A program made the position numbers and the translations under genes. A DNA stretch of 64,000 nt from Chiloscyllium plagiosum (Eukaryota): contig NC_057749.1 of assembly GCF_004010195.1 (NCBI RefSeq), positions 23,976,510 to 24,040,509 on the forward strand, given 5' to 3'. Below the pieces are notes generated by a model. That model ran no database searches, was not told the DNA's origin, and saw only the letters and a program-made list of their open reading frames with translations. The stretch's first letter is position 1. Every line of letters starts with the position of its first letter. Shown piece after piece: positions 24,324-38,424 of this stretch.

Positions 24324-24452
24324 GCTCATGAGACATGTGGGCCCATGGAAATTGACTCTGCCTTGCAGTCGGTGCAGACTCTGAGGAACGAACTGCAGGA
24401 TGCCAAAATGGCGGCAGCTGATGGACAACTGAAGCCATTGCCAGGGGAGACG
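24324..24452 (+). CDS. TLN2: talin-2 coding exon (R4-R5), AHETCGPMEI...LKPLPGET
   Basis: ttcag|GCT; ACG|gtaaga; translated by hand. Confidence 0.96.
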
Positions 24453-25802
24453 GTAAGATGAACTCCTTGGCAAATCAATCTTCTTATTTTGAGTGAAGAC
24501 CGTGACCATTGACCTTTGGAATTTATTTTAAAAATCAAGTTAATGTGAAGAATTGGCACTGAGCGTGGCAGGGGTTTCGTTTATTTAATTGGTTCTTTGA
24601 CTGTCAATGTGGGAATGTTTCGACTCATATGAGGGTGACCACTTTTGTACATTGTCAGAAAATGAGGTAAAGTTGCCATTTTTCCAGAGGGTCACGCTCT
24701 CGTGAGAGAAAGATGTCTGGCTGTGGTTTAATCTGAGGGTCCCCATGCCTCAGTCGATGGGAGAGGTCGAAAAGTAGAGTCCTCAGCTGCTGCGGGAATT
24801 GAACCCATATTGTTGGCATCACTCACCAGCCATCCAACCAACTGGACTAGCTGAGCCACTATGTTGTCATAACCCAGATTGTGAAACTCAGAGATGTCGC
24901 AGGCATCAGCAGTGATACTTTTCACCTTCTTCACGCTCGGGTGCCACTGGAATACTAGGGCACAAATGTTGGCACACTCGGGTGTCCCTCCCTCTGAGCC
25001 AGACGTTCTTGGTTCAAGTCCCACTCCTGGACTCAATAGCCATGGAGGTTATGTGGTAACGTTAAGTATCAGGATCTAAACACGTCTGGTACCATGTCAG
25101 AGAGTCACACAGCACGGAAACAACCCCTTCGGTCCAACCAGTCCATGCCGACCATAATCCCAAACTATACCAGTCCAACCTCATGCTCCTAGCCCATATC
25201 CATCAAAGCATTTCCTATTCATGTACTTACCGAAGTGTGTTTAAACATTTTAACTCGTGTCCAACACTTCCTCAGGAAGTTCAGTCCAGATGCAAGCGAC
25301 CCTCTGTGGAAATGATGTGCTCCTCGTGTCTTTCCAAATTTCTCTCCTCTCACCTTAAAAGTATGGCCCCTTGTCTTGAAATGCCCCACTCTGGGGAAAA
25401 GACACCTCCCATTTGACGTGTGGGAAAAGGAGAAGAGTTTCCTGGTCAGTCAGAACTGTGCGATGCCTCATCCTCCCTAGATTCAATGACTTCACATGCA
25501 CATTCTCGCTGTGAGTGAGCATCACCTTCACTCCAAGTGGCAAGAGCACACTGAAATGCCGATTCTGGTATTCTCAGACTATCCTTTGATGGTTCACTGC
25601 AACTTGTGTTGCTCCTGAATCCTGGTCTGGGGTAAGATGGTTGATTCTGGATTCCCAAGCCAGAAGATGTGGACGTGAAATTAAGGAGGGGCTCTGTTAT
25701 TAAAATTAAAGAATGAAGGCTTAAACATGAAAACTGCATTGAGCTCTTTACCTGCAGTGATTGATTGCTGCTTGTGCCAGTGTGTTGAAAATAGAACTAC
25801 AT

Positions 25803-26430
25803 CGAATTGAATTGAATTGAATTGAATTTATTGTCACGTGTACCGAGGCACAGTGAAAAGCTTTGTCTTGTGAGCAAAACAGGCAGATCACATGGTTAAG
25901 TAGCATAGATAAGCAAATAATAGGTAAACAGCAGCAAAAACCAAAATGAGTACAGGTGAATGTTAAGAGTTTGTGAGTCCATTCAGTATTCTAACAACAG
26001 GAGGTTGGAAACTGTTGTGAAACTGGCTGGTGCATGTGTTCAGGCTTCTGTACCTTCTCCCTGATGGTAGAGGTTGTAGAAAAGCATTGCCAGAGTGGGA
26101 TGGATCTTTGAGAATGCTGGCGGCCTTTCCTTGACATTAGGCCTGGTAGATGGATTCTATAGATGGGAGGTTGGCCTTTGTGATTGTCCGGGNNNNNNNN
26201 NNNNNNNNNNNNNNNCAGCGGGCCTGGTAGATGGATTCTATAGATGGGAGGTTGGCCTTTGTGATTGTGAGTTCACCACTCTATATAACCGTCTCCGATC
26301 TTGAATGGTACAGTTGCCATACCAGATAGTGATACATCCAGACAGAATGCTCTTGATGGCGCACCTATAAATTTTCTCAGCTGCCTGAGGAAGCTGTTGG
26401 GCCTTTATAACCAGCGCATCCACATGACCA
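25803..26430 (-). mobile_element. Rex1/Babar-like LINE 3' end with (TTCAA)n tail; related pieces at ~4240-4480(+) and ~39770-40030(+)
   Basis: YRCAIKSILSGCITIWYGNCT motif; short-repeat tail. Confidence 0.7.
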
Positions 26431-28271
26431 GAGACTTAGGAACAGTAAGCTGTTCAGTCCTTGAATATACTTAGTGACCCAGCCTCAACAGCCCTCTGCA
26501 GCAAAGTATTCCGCAGATTCACCACCCTCTGAGTGAAAAAACATCCTTTCTTATCTCTATAATGTGCAACCCCTTATTCTGAAATTATATCCTCTGGTGA
26601 AAGACTCTCCCTCAAGGGGAAACAACCGTTCTGATTTTCCCCTGTCGAGTCCTCTAAGAATCTTATATGATTCAATAGGATCCTTCGAAGCTCCAATAAG
26701 CACAAGCTCAAACTATTTCAACTTTCCTCATAAGACAGTCCCTCCATACCCGGGGCCACCTGCGTGAACCTTCCCGAGACTGCCCCCCCAATGCCAGTGT
26801 ACCATTCCTGAAGAGGCTTGTTCCACAAACTGTGGAAGGTCAGAGTGTGAATAAAATTGTGAAAAAGCAGTGGACAGAAAAGATACTGTTTGGTTTTGAG
26901 TCAAGTCAGCTGGTGAGTCATCAATTTGACATTTATTCATTATTCATTCCTGATGAAGGGCTTTTGCCCAAAACGTCGATTTTCCTACTCCTCGGATGCT
27001 GCCTGACCAGCTGTGCTTTTCCAGCACCGCTCTAATCTATTTATTCATTAATGTCCCGGTGAACATGCTTTGGTTAATCAAGTATTTATCAGGCCTATTC
27101 TATTACAAGGATTAAGGAGTTAGAACTTGCGGAGTTCAGCCCTCATGCAGAAGCGTGGCTACTTACTTTTTGTGTAATCTGTTGAGCCACTGAGAATATT
27201 ATCCAAAGGTAGCTCTCTAAATGCATGTTGTTGTTTAAGTCTGCTTGTCCTCACCCTTAGCACCAATGGGAGTTGGATGTTGTCGTTTATTCTTACACAT
27301 GCCCCAGTCGGTTGATGCTGTTTCAAGCTTCTTGTCCAAGTAACACAGCGTTTGTAATGGGGAGCACGAGGTGCCTCTATGCTTCATGGTTGATTGGAAT
27401 GGTGAATAAAATCACGGTTGGCTGTGTATTTTGACCAACAGATAGCAAACAAACCTGGAGTACGACACACAGTTTTGGTCTCCTTACTTGAGCAGGGATG
27501 TAGTTGTATTGGAGACGGTTCGGAGGAGATTCACTGGATTGATTCCAGAGAGGAGGGTTTGTCTTTGGAAGAGAGATTGATCTGATAGGCGCTGGAGTTT
27601 AGAAGAATGAGAGGTGATCTAATTCAAGTATAACAGACACTAAAGGGAGTTGGCAGAGTAGATGAAGAAGAGATGGTCCTCATGTGGGGTAATCTAGAAT
27701 GAGAGGTCATAGTTTTAGGATAAGGGGGAGCAGATGTAAAATATAAATGAGGAGGAAATGCTACTTTCAAAGGGTCATGAATCTGTGGAATTCATTCCCC
27801 CAGAATGTGCAATGGATGCTGGGGCATTTAAGGAGCAGATAGACATAATTTGGACAAGTATCAAGTTGAAGGGTTATGGAGGAGCGAGCAGGAAAGTGGA
27901 GTTGAGGCCGAGATGAGATCAGCCATGATCGTACCGAATGGTGGAGCAGGCTGGAGGGTTTGAATGGCCAACTCCTGGCCCCAGTTTGTATGTACAAGCC
28001 TTCACAAAACCAGCAGCTATTTATAGCTCATTACAGTCACATGACAGTGTGATGTGTTTGCTATTAAACATCAGTAATATCTTATTAACCCACTAGCATT
28101 TACCGTCAAAAAAGGCCCCAAAGTCCAAGGAAGGTTAGTCTGTGAGATGTTTCCCAAGAACTTTCTTGCCTCTACCTTTCCCATCCTCAAGAATGGGGAT
28201 CGATGCACAGTTTCGTGTATCTCCTGTCACTGAATTCAATTCCTCTTGCTTGGTTTTGCAATGGTGCCATT

Positions 28272-29562
28272 GTCATAGAGATGTACAGCATGGAAACAGA
28301 CCCTTCGGTCCAACCCGTCCATGCCGACCAGATATCCCAACCCAATCTAGTCCCACCTGCCAGCACCCGGCCCATATCCCTCCAAACCCGTCCTATTCAT
28401 ATAGCCATCCAAATGCCTCTTAAATGTTGCAATTGTACCAGCCTCCACCACTTCCTCTGGCAGCTCATTCCATACACGTACCACCTTCTGTGTGAAAACA
28501 TTGCCCCTTATGTCTCTGTTATGTCTTTCCCCTCTCACCCTAAACCTATGCCCTCTAGTTCTGGACTCCCCGACCCCAGAGAAAATACTTTGCCTATTTA
28601 CCCTTTCCATTCCCCTCAAAATTTTGTAAACCTCTATAAGGTCACCCCTCAGCCTCCAACGCTCCAGGGAAAACAGTCCCAGCCTATTCAGTCTCTCCCG
28701 AAAGCTTATATTCTCCAACCCTGGCAACATCCTTGTAAATCTTTTCTGAACCTTTTCAAGTTTCACAACATCTTTCTGATAAGAAGGAGACCAGAATTGC
28801 ACGCAATATTCCAACAGTGGCCTAACCAATATCCTGTACAGCCGCAACATGACTTCCCAACTCCTATACTCAATGCACTGACCAATAAAAGAAAGCATAC
28901 CAAATGCCTTCTTCACTATCCTATCNNNNNNNNNNNNNNNNNNNNNNNNNNNNNNNNNNNNNNNNNNNNNNNNNNNNNNNNNNNNNNNNNNNNNNNNNNN
29001 NNNNNNNNNNNNNNNNNNNNNNNNNNNNNNNNNNNNNNNNNNNNNNNNNNNNNNNNNNNNNNNNNNNNNNNNNNNNNNNNNNNNNNNNNNNNNNNNNNNN
29101 NNNNNNNNNNNNNNNNNNNNNNNNNNNNNNNNNNNNNNNNNNNNNNNNNNNNNNNNNNNNNNNNNNNNNNNNNNNNNNNNNNNNNNNNNNNNNNNNNNNN
29201 NNNNNNNNNNNNNNNNNNNNNNNNNNNNNNNNNNNNNNNNNNNNNNNNNNNNNGCCTTACTGAAGTCCATATAGATCACATCTACTGCTCTGCCCTTATC
29301 AATCCTCTTTGTTACTTCTTCAAAAAACTCCATCAAGTTTGTGAGACATGATTTCCCACGCACAAAGCCGTGTTGACTATTCCTAATCAGTCCTTGCCTT
29401 TTCAAATACATTTACATCCTGTCCCTCAGAATTCCCTCCAACAACTTGCCCACCACCTAGGTCAGGCTCACTAGTCTATAGTTCCCTGGCTTGTCCTTAC
29501 CACTCTTCTTAAACAGTGGCACCACGTTAGCCAACCACCAGTCTTCCAGCACCTCACCTGTG
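28272..29562 (-). mobile_element. CR1/HER1-like LINE 3' portion (spans an N gap)
   Basis: QHGFVRGKSCLTNL; LVRPLLEYCVQFWSP; FSLERWRLRGDLIEVYKI; 3' UTR tail. Confidence 0.93.
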
Positions 29563-30523
29563 ATTTAATTATGAGCGGCCCTGAAATGAAGATTTGCCAA
29601 CCCACCCAGAATTAGAGCTTTAACTGTGTCTCGTTGGCTTCCAGTGTCTCTCCTGTGGTGAAACGTCTTATTTTATCCATTGACGGAATTTCACCAATCG
29701 ATTGGTCAGATGGTACGAGACATATAGAACAATCGCCTTTGGTCGATGTGACCATCAGGGTCCAATTGATGTCTTGTTGGTCAGGACACGGTGGCACGGT
29801 GGTTAGCACTGCTGCCTCACAGTGCCAGAGACCCGGATTCAATTCCCGCCTCAGGCAACTGTCTGTGTGGAGTTTGCACTTTCTCCCCATGTCTGCGTGG
29901 GTTTGCTCCGGGAGCTCCGGTTTCCTCCCACAGTCCAAAAATGTGCAGATTAGGTGAATTGGCCATGCTAAATTGCCCATAGTGTTAGGTGAAGGGATAA
30001 ACGTAGGGGAATGGGTCTGGGTCGGTTGCGCTTCGGAGGGTCGGTGTGGACTTGTTGGCCCGAAGGGCTTGTTTCCACACTGTAAGTAATCTAATCTAAT
30101 CATGAGTAATCTAATCTAAACTTCCTGCTATTGACAGTCACTTTAAGATGTCAATTACCCCAAAATGTTTGCACTGTCTCATTGCAGCGGAGGTGATGCT
30201 GTTCATCAGCATTTCCTGGGTTGCTAGGCCATAATGATCTGGGTTCAGTCAGCGAGTGAGGGCCTAATGGCTCACCAGGCAATTCATTTCGGTCACTGGG
30301 AATAAGCACAGGCAAGAGCCATTCGGCCCATAAAATCTACCCAAATTCATTCCCTCAGTGCCTTTTTTCACCGCCTCCCCATGTCCTGGGTATCTTTAAT
30401 GTCTAGAAATCTATCACTCACTCAGAAACATACTCAGTGAGCCGCCACAAGCCCGCTGGTTGGAAATTGTAAAGATTCACCATCCTTTGTGTGAAGAGTT
30501 CTTGTCTTCCTGTTTTATTCCAG

Positions 30524-30626
30524 CTGGAGAAATGTGCACAGGATCTGGGAAGCACATCCAAGGCTGTGGGCTCTTCAATGGCACAGCTCCTCACCTGTGC
30601 AGCTCAAGGCAATGAACACTATACAG
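30524..30626 (+). CDS. TLN2: talin-2 coding exon (R5), LEKCAQDLGS...QGNEHYT(G)
   Basis: ttccag|CTG; ACA G|gtgggt; phase-1 end matched by exon at 45391. Confidence 0.96.
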
Positions 30627-33600
30627 GTGGGTACAGTGCAGTATAAATCACACTGTGCAGGTGGGTACAGTGCAGGATAAAGGAGGAGAAAGTGAGGGCT
30701 GCAGATGCTGGAGATCAGAACTGAAAATGTATTGCTGGAAAAGCGCAGCAGGTCAGGCAGCATCCAAGGAGCAGGAGAATCGACGTTTCGGACATGAGCC
30801 CTTCTTCAGGTGGGTACAGTGCAGTATAAAACACACTATAGAGGTGGGTACAGTGCAGGATAAAACACACTGTACAGGTGGGTACAGTGCAGTATAAAAC
30901 ACAGTATGCAGGTGGGTACAGTGCAGTCTAAAACACAGTGTGCAGGTGGGTACAGTGCAGTCTAAAACAGTGTGCAGGTGGGTACAGTGCAGTATAAAAC
31001 ACACTATACAGGCGGGTACAGTGTAGTATAAAACACACTGTACAGGTGGGTACAGTGCAGTATAAAACACACTATACAGGCGGGTACAGTGTAGTATAAA
31101 ACACAGTGTGCAGATGGGTACAGTGCAGGATAAAACATAGTTTGCAGGTGGGTACAGTGCAGTATAAAACACACTATACAGGCGGGTACAGTGCAGTCTA
31201 AAACACAGTGTGCAGGTGGGTACAGTGTAGTATAAAACACACTGTACAGGTGGGTACTATGCAGTATAAAACATAGTGTGCAGGTGGGTACAGTGCAATA
31301 TAAAACACACTATACAGGTGGATACAGTGCAGTATAAAACACACTATCCAGGCGGGTACAGTGCAGTATAAAATACACTGCAGGTGCTTACAGTGCAGTA
31401 TAAAACACAGTGTGGGGGTGGATACAGTGCAGTATAAAACACACCATACAGGTGGGTACAGTGCAGTATAAAACACACTATACAGGTGGGTACAGTGCAG
31501 TATTAAACACTGTACAGGAGGGTACAACGCAGTAGAAAACACACTGTACAGGCGGGTACAGTGCAGGATAAAGCACAGTGTGCAGGTGGGTACAGTGCAG
31601 TATAAAACACACTATACAGGTGGGTACAGTGCAGTATAAAACACACTGTACAGGTGGGTACAGTGCAGTATAAAACACAGTATGCAGGTGAGTACAGTGC
31701 AGTCTAAAACATACTGTGCATGCGGGTACAGTGCAGTATAAAACACACTGCAGGCGGGTACAGTGCAGTATAAAACACAGTGTGCAGGTGGGTACAGTGC
31801 AGTCTAAAACACACTGTGCAGGTGGGTACAGTGCAGTCTAAAACACACTGTACAGGCGGGTACAGTGCAGGATAAAGCACAGTTTGCAGGTGGGTACAGT
31901 GCAGTATAAAACACACTAGAGGTGGGTACTGTGCAGGATAAATCACAGTGTGGAGGTGGGTACAGTGCAGTATAAAATACACTGTACAGGTGGGTACAGT
32001 GCAGGATAAAACACAGTGTGCAAGTGGTTACAGTGCAGGAAAAAGCACACTGTGCAGGTGGGTACAGTGCAGTATAAAACACTGTGCAGGTGGGTACAGT
32101 GCAGTATAAAATACACTGTACAGGTGGGTACAGTGCAGGATAAAACACAGTATGCAAGTGGGTACAGTGCAGGATAAAGCACAGTGTGCATGTGGGTACA
32201 GTGCAGTATAAAACACACTGTACAGGTGGGTACAGTGCAGTATAAAATACAGTGTGCAGATAGGTAGAATGCAGTATAAAACACACTGTGCAGGTGCGTA
32301 CGGTGCAGTACAAAACACACTATACAGGTGGGTACAGTGCAGTATAAAACACACTGTACAGGCGGGTACAGTACAAGATAAAACACACTGTGGAGGTCGG
32401 TACAGTGCAGTATAAAACAGTGTGCAGGTGGGTACAGTGCAGTATAAAACACACTATACATGTGGGTACAGTGCAGTATAAAACGCACTGTACAGGCGGG
32501 TACAGTGCAGTATTAAACACAGTGTGCAGGCGGCTACAGCGCAGTAGAAAACATACTGTGCATGCGGGTACAGTGCAGTATAAAACACACTGTAGGCGGG
32601 TATGGTGCAGTATAAAACACACTGTGCAGGCAGGTACAGTGCAGTATAAAACACAGTGTGCAGGTGGGTACAGTGCAGTCTAAAACACAGTGTGCAGGTG
32701 AGTACAGTGCAGTATAAAGCACACTGTACAGGCGGGTACAGTGCAGTATAAAACACAGTGTGCAGGTCGGTACAGTGCAGTATAAAACACTGTACAGGCG
32801 GGTACAGTACAGGATAAAGCACAGTTTGCAGGTGGGTACAGTGCAGTATAAAACACACTAGAGGTGGGTACAGTGCAGGATAAAGCACAGTGTGCAAGTG
32901 GGTACAGTGCAGGATAAAGCACAGTGTGCAGGTGGGTACAGTGCAGTATAAAACACACTGTAGAGGTGGGTACAGTGCAGTATAAAATACAGTGTGCAGG
33001 TAGGTACAGTGCAGTATAAAACATACTGTACAGGTGGGTACAGTGCAGTATATAATACAGTGTGCAGGTGGGTACAGTGCAGTATAAAGCACACTGTACA
33101 GGCGGGTACAGTGCAGTATAAAACACAGTGTGGAGGTGGGTACAGTGCAGGATAAAACACAGTATGCAAGTGGGTACAGTGCAGGATAAAGCACAGTGTG
33201 CATGTGGGTACAGTGCAGTATAAAACACAGTGTGCAGGTAGGTAGAGTGCAGTATGAAACACACTGTGCAGGTGCGTACGGTGCAGTACAAACACACTAT
33301 ACAGGTGGGTACAGTGCAGTATAAAACACTGTACAGGTGGGTACAGTGCAGTATAAAACACTGTACAGGTGGGTACAGTGCAGTATAAAACACACTGTAC
33401 AGGCGGGTACAGTACAAGATAAAACACACTGTGGAGGTGGGTACAGTGCAGTATAAAACACAGTGTGCAGGCGGCTACAGCGCAGTAGAAAACATACTGT
33501 GCATGCGGGTACAGTGCAGTATAAAACACACTGCAGGCGGGTACAGTGCAGTATAAAACACAGTGTGCAGGTTGGTACAGTGCAGTATAAAGCACAGTTT

Positions 33601-34390
33601 GCAGGTGGGTACAGTGCAGTATAAAACACACTAGAGGTGGGTACAGTGCAGGATAAAATACACTGTACAGGTGGGTACAGTGCAGGATAAAACACAGTGT
33701 GCAGGTGGGTACAGTGCAGGATAAAGCACAATGTGCAGGTGGGTACAGTGCAGTATAAAACACTGTAGAGGTGGGTACAGTGCAGGATAAAATACACTGT
33801 ACAGGTGGGTACAGTGCAGGATAAAACACACTAGAGGTGGGTACAGTGCAGGATAAAATACACTGTACAGGTGGGTACAGTGCAGGATAAAACACAGTGT
33901 GCAGGTGGGTACAGTGCAGGATAAAGCACACTGTACAGGTGGGTACAGTGCAGTATAAAGCACACTGTACAGGCGGGTACAGTGCAGTATAAAACACAGT
34001 GTGGAGGTGGGTACAGTGCAGTATAAAATACACTGTACAGGCGGGTACAGTGCAGGATAAAACACAGTATGCAAGTGGGTACAGTGCAGGATAACGCACA
34101 GTGTGCATGTGGGTACAGTGCAGTATAAAACACAGTGTGCAGGTGGGTACAGTGCAGTATAAAACAGTGTGCAGGTGGGTACAGTGCAGTATAAAACACA
34201 CTGTACAGGTGGGTACAATGCAGGATAAAACTCACTGTACAGGTGGGTACAGTGCAGGGTAAATCAGGTTGTGAAGGCTGGTCCAGTGCAGGGTAAAGCA
34301 GGTTGTGGAGATGGGTCCAGTGCATGGTAAACCAGGCTGTGGAGGTGGGTCCAGTGCAGGGTAAAGCAGGTTGTGGAGATGTGCAGGTGA
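30612..34390 (+). repeat. 34-bp minisatellite (gtataaaacacactgtacaggtgggtacagtgca), about 100 copies, degenerate at the 3' end
   Basis: direct tandem repetition; first unit overlaps the exon end and splice donor; PLE fragment inserted at ~30682-30808. Confidence 0.97.
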
Positions 34391-34892
34391 TGAAGCCTCT
34401 ATTGCTGATCTCTGAACCTTGACTTCTGAACTGTTGTGACGAAACCCATTGAATTTTCAGCAGGATATCTTCGAAACTTTGCCAGAAGTCGAGCAGTGTA
34501 ACATCGGGACAGTGGCGTGCTGACAATCCTGTTTGTCGTCAGATCATTGCTAAGTGTGCTCGAGTAGAGAATAACGCCTGATCCCATATCTCTCACGTCC
34601 ATGCACAAGCTGCAGTTTCTTGGAGTCACAGTTTGTGATGTGAAGCATGTTGACTGCTGTGCTAACTGTGGTGAGATCGGTCTCCATGGTAACAATGGAC
34701 TGACTCTCACTGACCTGAGGCATCTTGCCATATGATACACGATTTTTGTAAAAGCCTCCAATTTCTATTCACCACCTGCAGGAGTGAGCCCCTGGCAGTT
34801 TAAATTGTTCTCATTCTGGGGTAGGGTGCTGCATTGGCATGTTATTCACAACCATCAGGTTGTTAAGGAGCATATTTGTGTTGTTCCTACCT

Positions 34893-35205
34893 TAGTGGTA
34901 TTATTGCTAAACTGTTAATTCAGCCAATGTCCTGGGGATCTGGGTTCGAATCCCTCCACAGCAGATGGTGGAATTTGAATTGGATAAATACATCTGGAGT
35001 TAAGCGTCTAATGACGGGATCATTGTCGGTGAAAACCCATCTGGTTCACTAATGACCTTGAGGGAAGGAAAGTGCTGTTGTTACCCAGTCTGCCCTACAT
35101 GTGACTCTAGGCACACAGCAATGTGGTTGAATCTTAACTGCCCCCTGGCCCATTAAGGATGGACAATAAATGCTAGTGGCACCCATATTCCATGCATGAA
35201 TGCAA
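34893..35205 (+). mobile_element. tRNA-derived SINE sharing a 3' tail with the L2/CR1-group LINE; copies at ~8015-8560(-, split), 45105-45295(-), 52750-53160(-), 56005-56275(+), 63830-64000(-)
   Basis: B box gggttcgaatccc; cccatctggttcactaatg..gggaaggaaa core; caataaatgct tail. Confidence 0.7.
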
Positions 35206-38200
35206 GAACAGCACCTGTGTAATGGGTAATTAATGTGCAAGCTTAGCAGGTTCTTTATGAAGCGAAGGATGGAGTAGAGTAAATCAAACAGCAAGCTCTT
35301 GAGCAGAGTTGTTTAACCTTTGTTGAACAGAGAGTGGCAGTGGCTCCCTTGCAGCTTTTCACAGATTCCTTAGTGTGGAAGGAGGCCATTGGGCCCATCG
35401 AGACCACACCACCCCTCTGAAGGACCGGCCCCCCACATTTCTCGTGACTAAACCACCTTTTGGATTGTGGGAGGAAACCGGAGCACTCGGAGGAAACCCA
35501 CACAGACACGGGGCGAATGTGCAAACTCCACACAGACAGTCACCCGAGGCTGGAATTGAACTCGGGTCCCTGGCGCTTTGAGGCAATGGTGTTAACCACT
35601 GAGCCACCCTTTGATTCAGGGCAGGTGTGGTACCACAGTAAACCATGAATTTCATTTTTTTTTTAAAATAATGTCCAAAGCGTCAAATCGATCATTTGAA
35701 TCAACAGCTAATAAAGCTGGCCTATTTAAAAAGTAGCGGCAGAGCTAATTAATGGAACATGTTTTTGCTTTTCTGATTTAAGGAGCTGAGCTAGGGAGAG
35801 TGAAAGATTACACCCTAAGTCCTGATCAGAAGGGAAACGGGTGGGGACGGAGGCCAGGCTAACGAGCTGTGTTTAATTAATGCTGACCTTGTGCTTGCCT
35901 CTGGTGGTGAACCTCTCTGAGCTAGTTCTGGCAGAGTTCCCATGAAAGTTGGCGGAGGGGTTGGAAATGAGAGAGCTTTCCATTTGGGTCCTGGGGTGCA
36001 GATTGGGAGGGGAAGGAGATGTGTGAATAACATGGGTGTGTCTGTCTCAGTCTCTCTCACTCACTCAACCCCCCTACCTCCCCCAGTTGCCAGGAAGGGA
36101 GTTCCGGGATTATATTGACCCAGTGACAGTGAAGGACAGTAAGAGTATTGTTCTAAATTAGAATGGTGTTTGGCTTGGAAGGTGGTGTTCCCATCCATCA
36201 GCTGCCCTTGTCCTTCCGGTTCATTGAGGTCAGAGGGCTGGAAGGTTCTAGATTTGTTCTGGATTCACCCATTGGTTTCTCCACATCCATCCCACTGAAT
36301 CCTTCCATTATTTCACCTAAATTGCCCCTCGGCTTCGAAATGGGATATGAGTTGTGTTTATGCTAATTCCTCCTCATGATTTCCCCTTCTTAGCTCATCT
36401 AGCTTCCCTTTCAATGCATTCAACTCTGCCAGTCCCTGTGGCTGAGAATTCCCTATTTGTTACCCATCTGTTCATCCTCTCCTCATAGTTTCGAATCCCA
36501 GTCCATAGGCCTGAGCACCTCGCCTAGGCAGACATGGCTATGCAGCACTGAGGGAATGCTGACTTATCTGCAGTGCTGCCTTGATGATAAGTTATAGAGA
36601 TATACGGCACAGAAACAAACCCTTCATTCCAATTCATCCATGCTGACCAGATATCCTAAATGAATCTCGTCCCGTTTCCAGCATTTGACCCATATCCCTT
36701 TTAAGGGGCAGAGTCTGTCCTGAATTAGTGATGGATATTTTCCCTCCTGGGAGAGTCTAGCACCAAAGGACATAGTCTCAGATAAAAGGGAACCAATGTA
36801 AGACTGAGGTGAGAAGGAATTCCTTCACTATTTGACAAGGAGCTGGTGAATTATTCTCACTGTCCTCGTCCGTGTCTCTCAAGCAGCTGTTCAAACAGGA
36901 GACTTAATCATTAGCATGTTCATATCGTTTATTATTATTGATTGTGGGACCTTACACTGGCAAGATTTGCTGCTCCCTTTCCTATATTACAAAACAATAT
37001 TTTAAAAATACAGACAGAGTCTCTCTCAGGGAGCAAGGTCTTTCCGAGTCTGAGTCCAGTCATTTTTTTTTTCCTGAGTTCATTATTTTTGTAGCTTGAT
37101 TTATGGCTTCCTGTTCTAATTCATTTTTAGCAGGACTTCTCAAAAATCAGAAAGCAAAACATGACAAGCTAATCGACAATAAAACAGGATTAATGTCTCA
37201 ATTGTATAAACAGAAACAGAAAGTGTTTACCGTGGGAAATAACAAATGATAAATCTAGCTCAGGCTGCGAGGGGGGTTCACACATACAGTAGTTGCTGTG
37301 ATCTATGCCTCTGATGGGTTATTTTAAATTCCCTGTACCACCTCAAGTAAAGTTTATGATCCATTGATGGAATCGTAGAATCCTTACAGTGCAGAAAGAA
37401 GCCATTTGGCCAATCGGGTCTGCACCGACCCTCCGAAGAGCATCCCACCCTGACCCAACCCCTGTCACCCCACATGGCTAACCCACCTAGCCTGTACATC
37501 CCCAGTCCCTACAGGATAGTTTAGCACAATGCACTTAATCTGTACATGGTTGGACTCAGAGTACCCAGAGGAAACCCACACAGAAACAGGGAGAATGTGC
37601 AAACTCCACACAGTCACCCAAGTGTCACATTGAAACATATAGGATTTTTAAAGGGCTTGACAGGGCAAATGCTGACAGTGTGTTTCCCTCCTGGGAGAGT
37701 CTCGGGCCAGAGGGCGTAGTCTCAGAGTAAAGGGGCACCAACTTAGAACTGAGATGTGGAGGAATTTCTTCTCTTGAAAGGGTGTGCATGTTTGGAACCC
37801 TTGGCGGCAAAGAGCCGTGGGGGCAGAGTCCTTGTCTATCTTCGAGGCTGAGATACCTAGACTTTTGATCATGGAATCAAGGGTTATGGGGAAAAGGTAA
37901 GAAAGCAGCCGTGAGAGCCAACAGATCAGCCATGATAATATTAAATGTTGAAGCCCGGGTCCCTGGCTCTGTGAGGCAACAGTACTAAACACTGAGCCAC
38001 TGTGTCACCCTGTCACTAACTAATTTTGCCAGTTAGTGAGGGATGATATGGGAGGCAGAGTCAAAGAGTGTGGTGCTGGAAAAGCACAACCGGTCAGGTA
38101 GCATTCGAGGAGCAGGAGAGTCGATGTTTCGGCATAAGCCTTTATCAGGAAAGCCCGTCGTCGACTCCCTTGCTCCTCGGATGCTGCCTGACTGACTGTG

Positions 38201-38424
38201 CTTTTCCAGCACCAAACTCTTTGATTCTAATCTCCAGCATCTGCATTCCTCACTTTCTCCTGATATGGGAGCCAACTTGAACCACTCCTGACTTTCAATA
38301 AGGGTCCGTTTATATGTTGAAACTTCAGCTTGGGTCCTCTGACCCATACCGTTACATTGGCTGAATGGCTGGTTTGCAATGCAGAGCAATGCCAACAGTG
38401 TGGGTTCAATTCTCACACATTTAA

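Noticed and set aside
26139..26268. ~48-bp direct repeat around a short N gap
   Set aside because: Probably overlapping contig ends (assembly artefact).
30612..34390. CRISPR-like appearance (about 34-bp periodic hairpin repeats)
   Set aside because: Units are head-to-tail with no unique spacers, there are no cas genes, and the context is a vertebrate intron.
30753..34526. Long Cys/Tyr/His-rich minus-strand ORFs (up to 447 aa)
   Set aside because: Translations of the 34-bp minisatellite in all frames; no coding signal.
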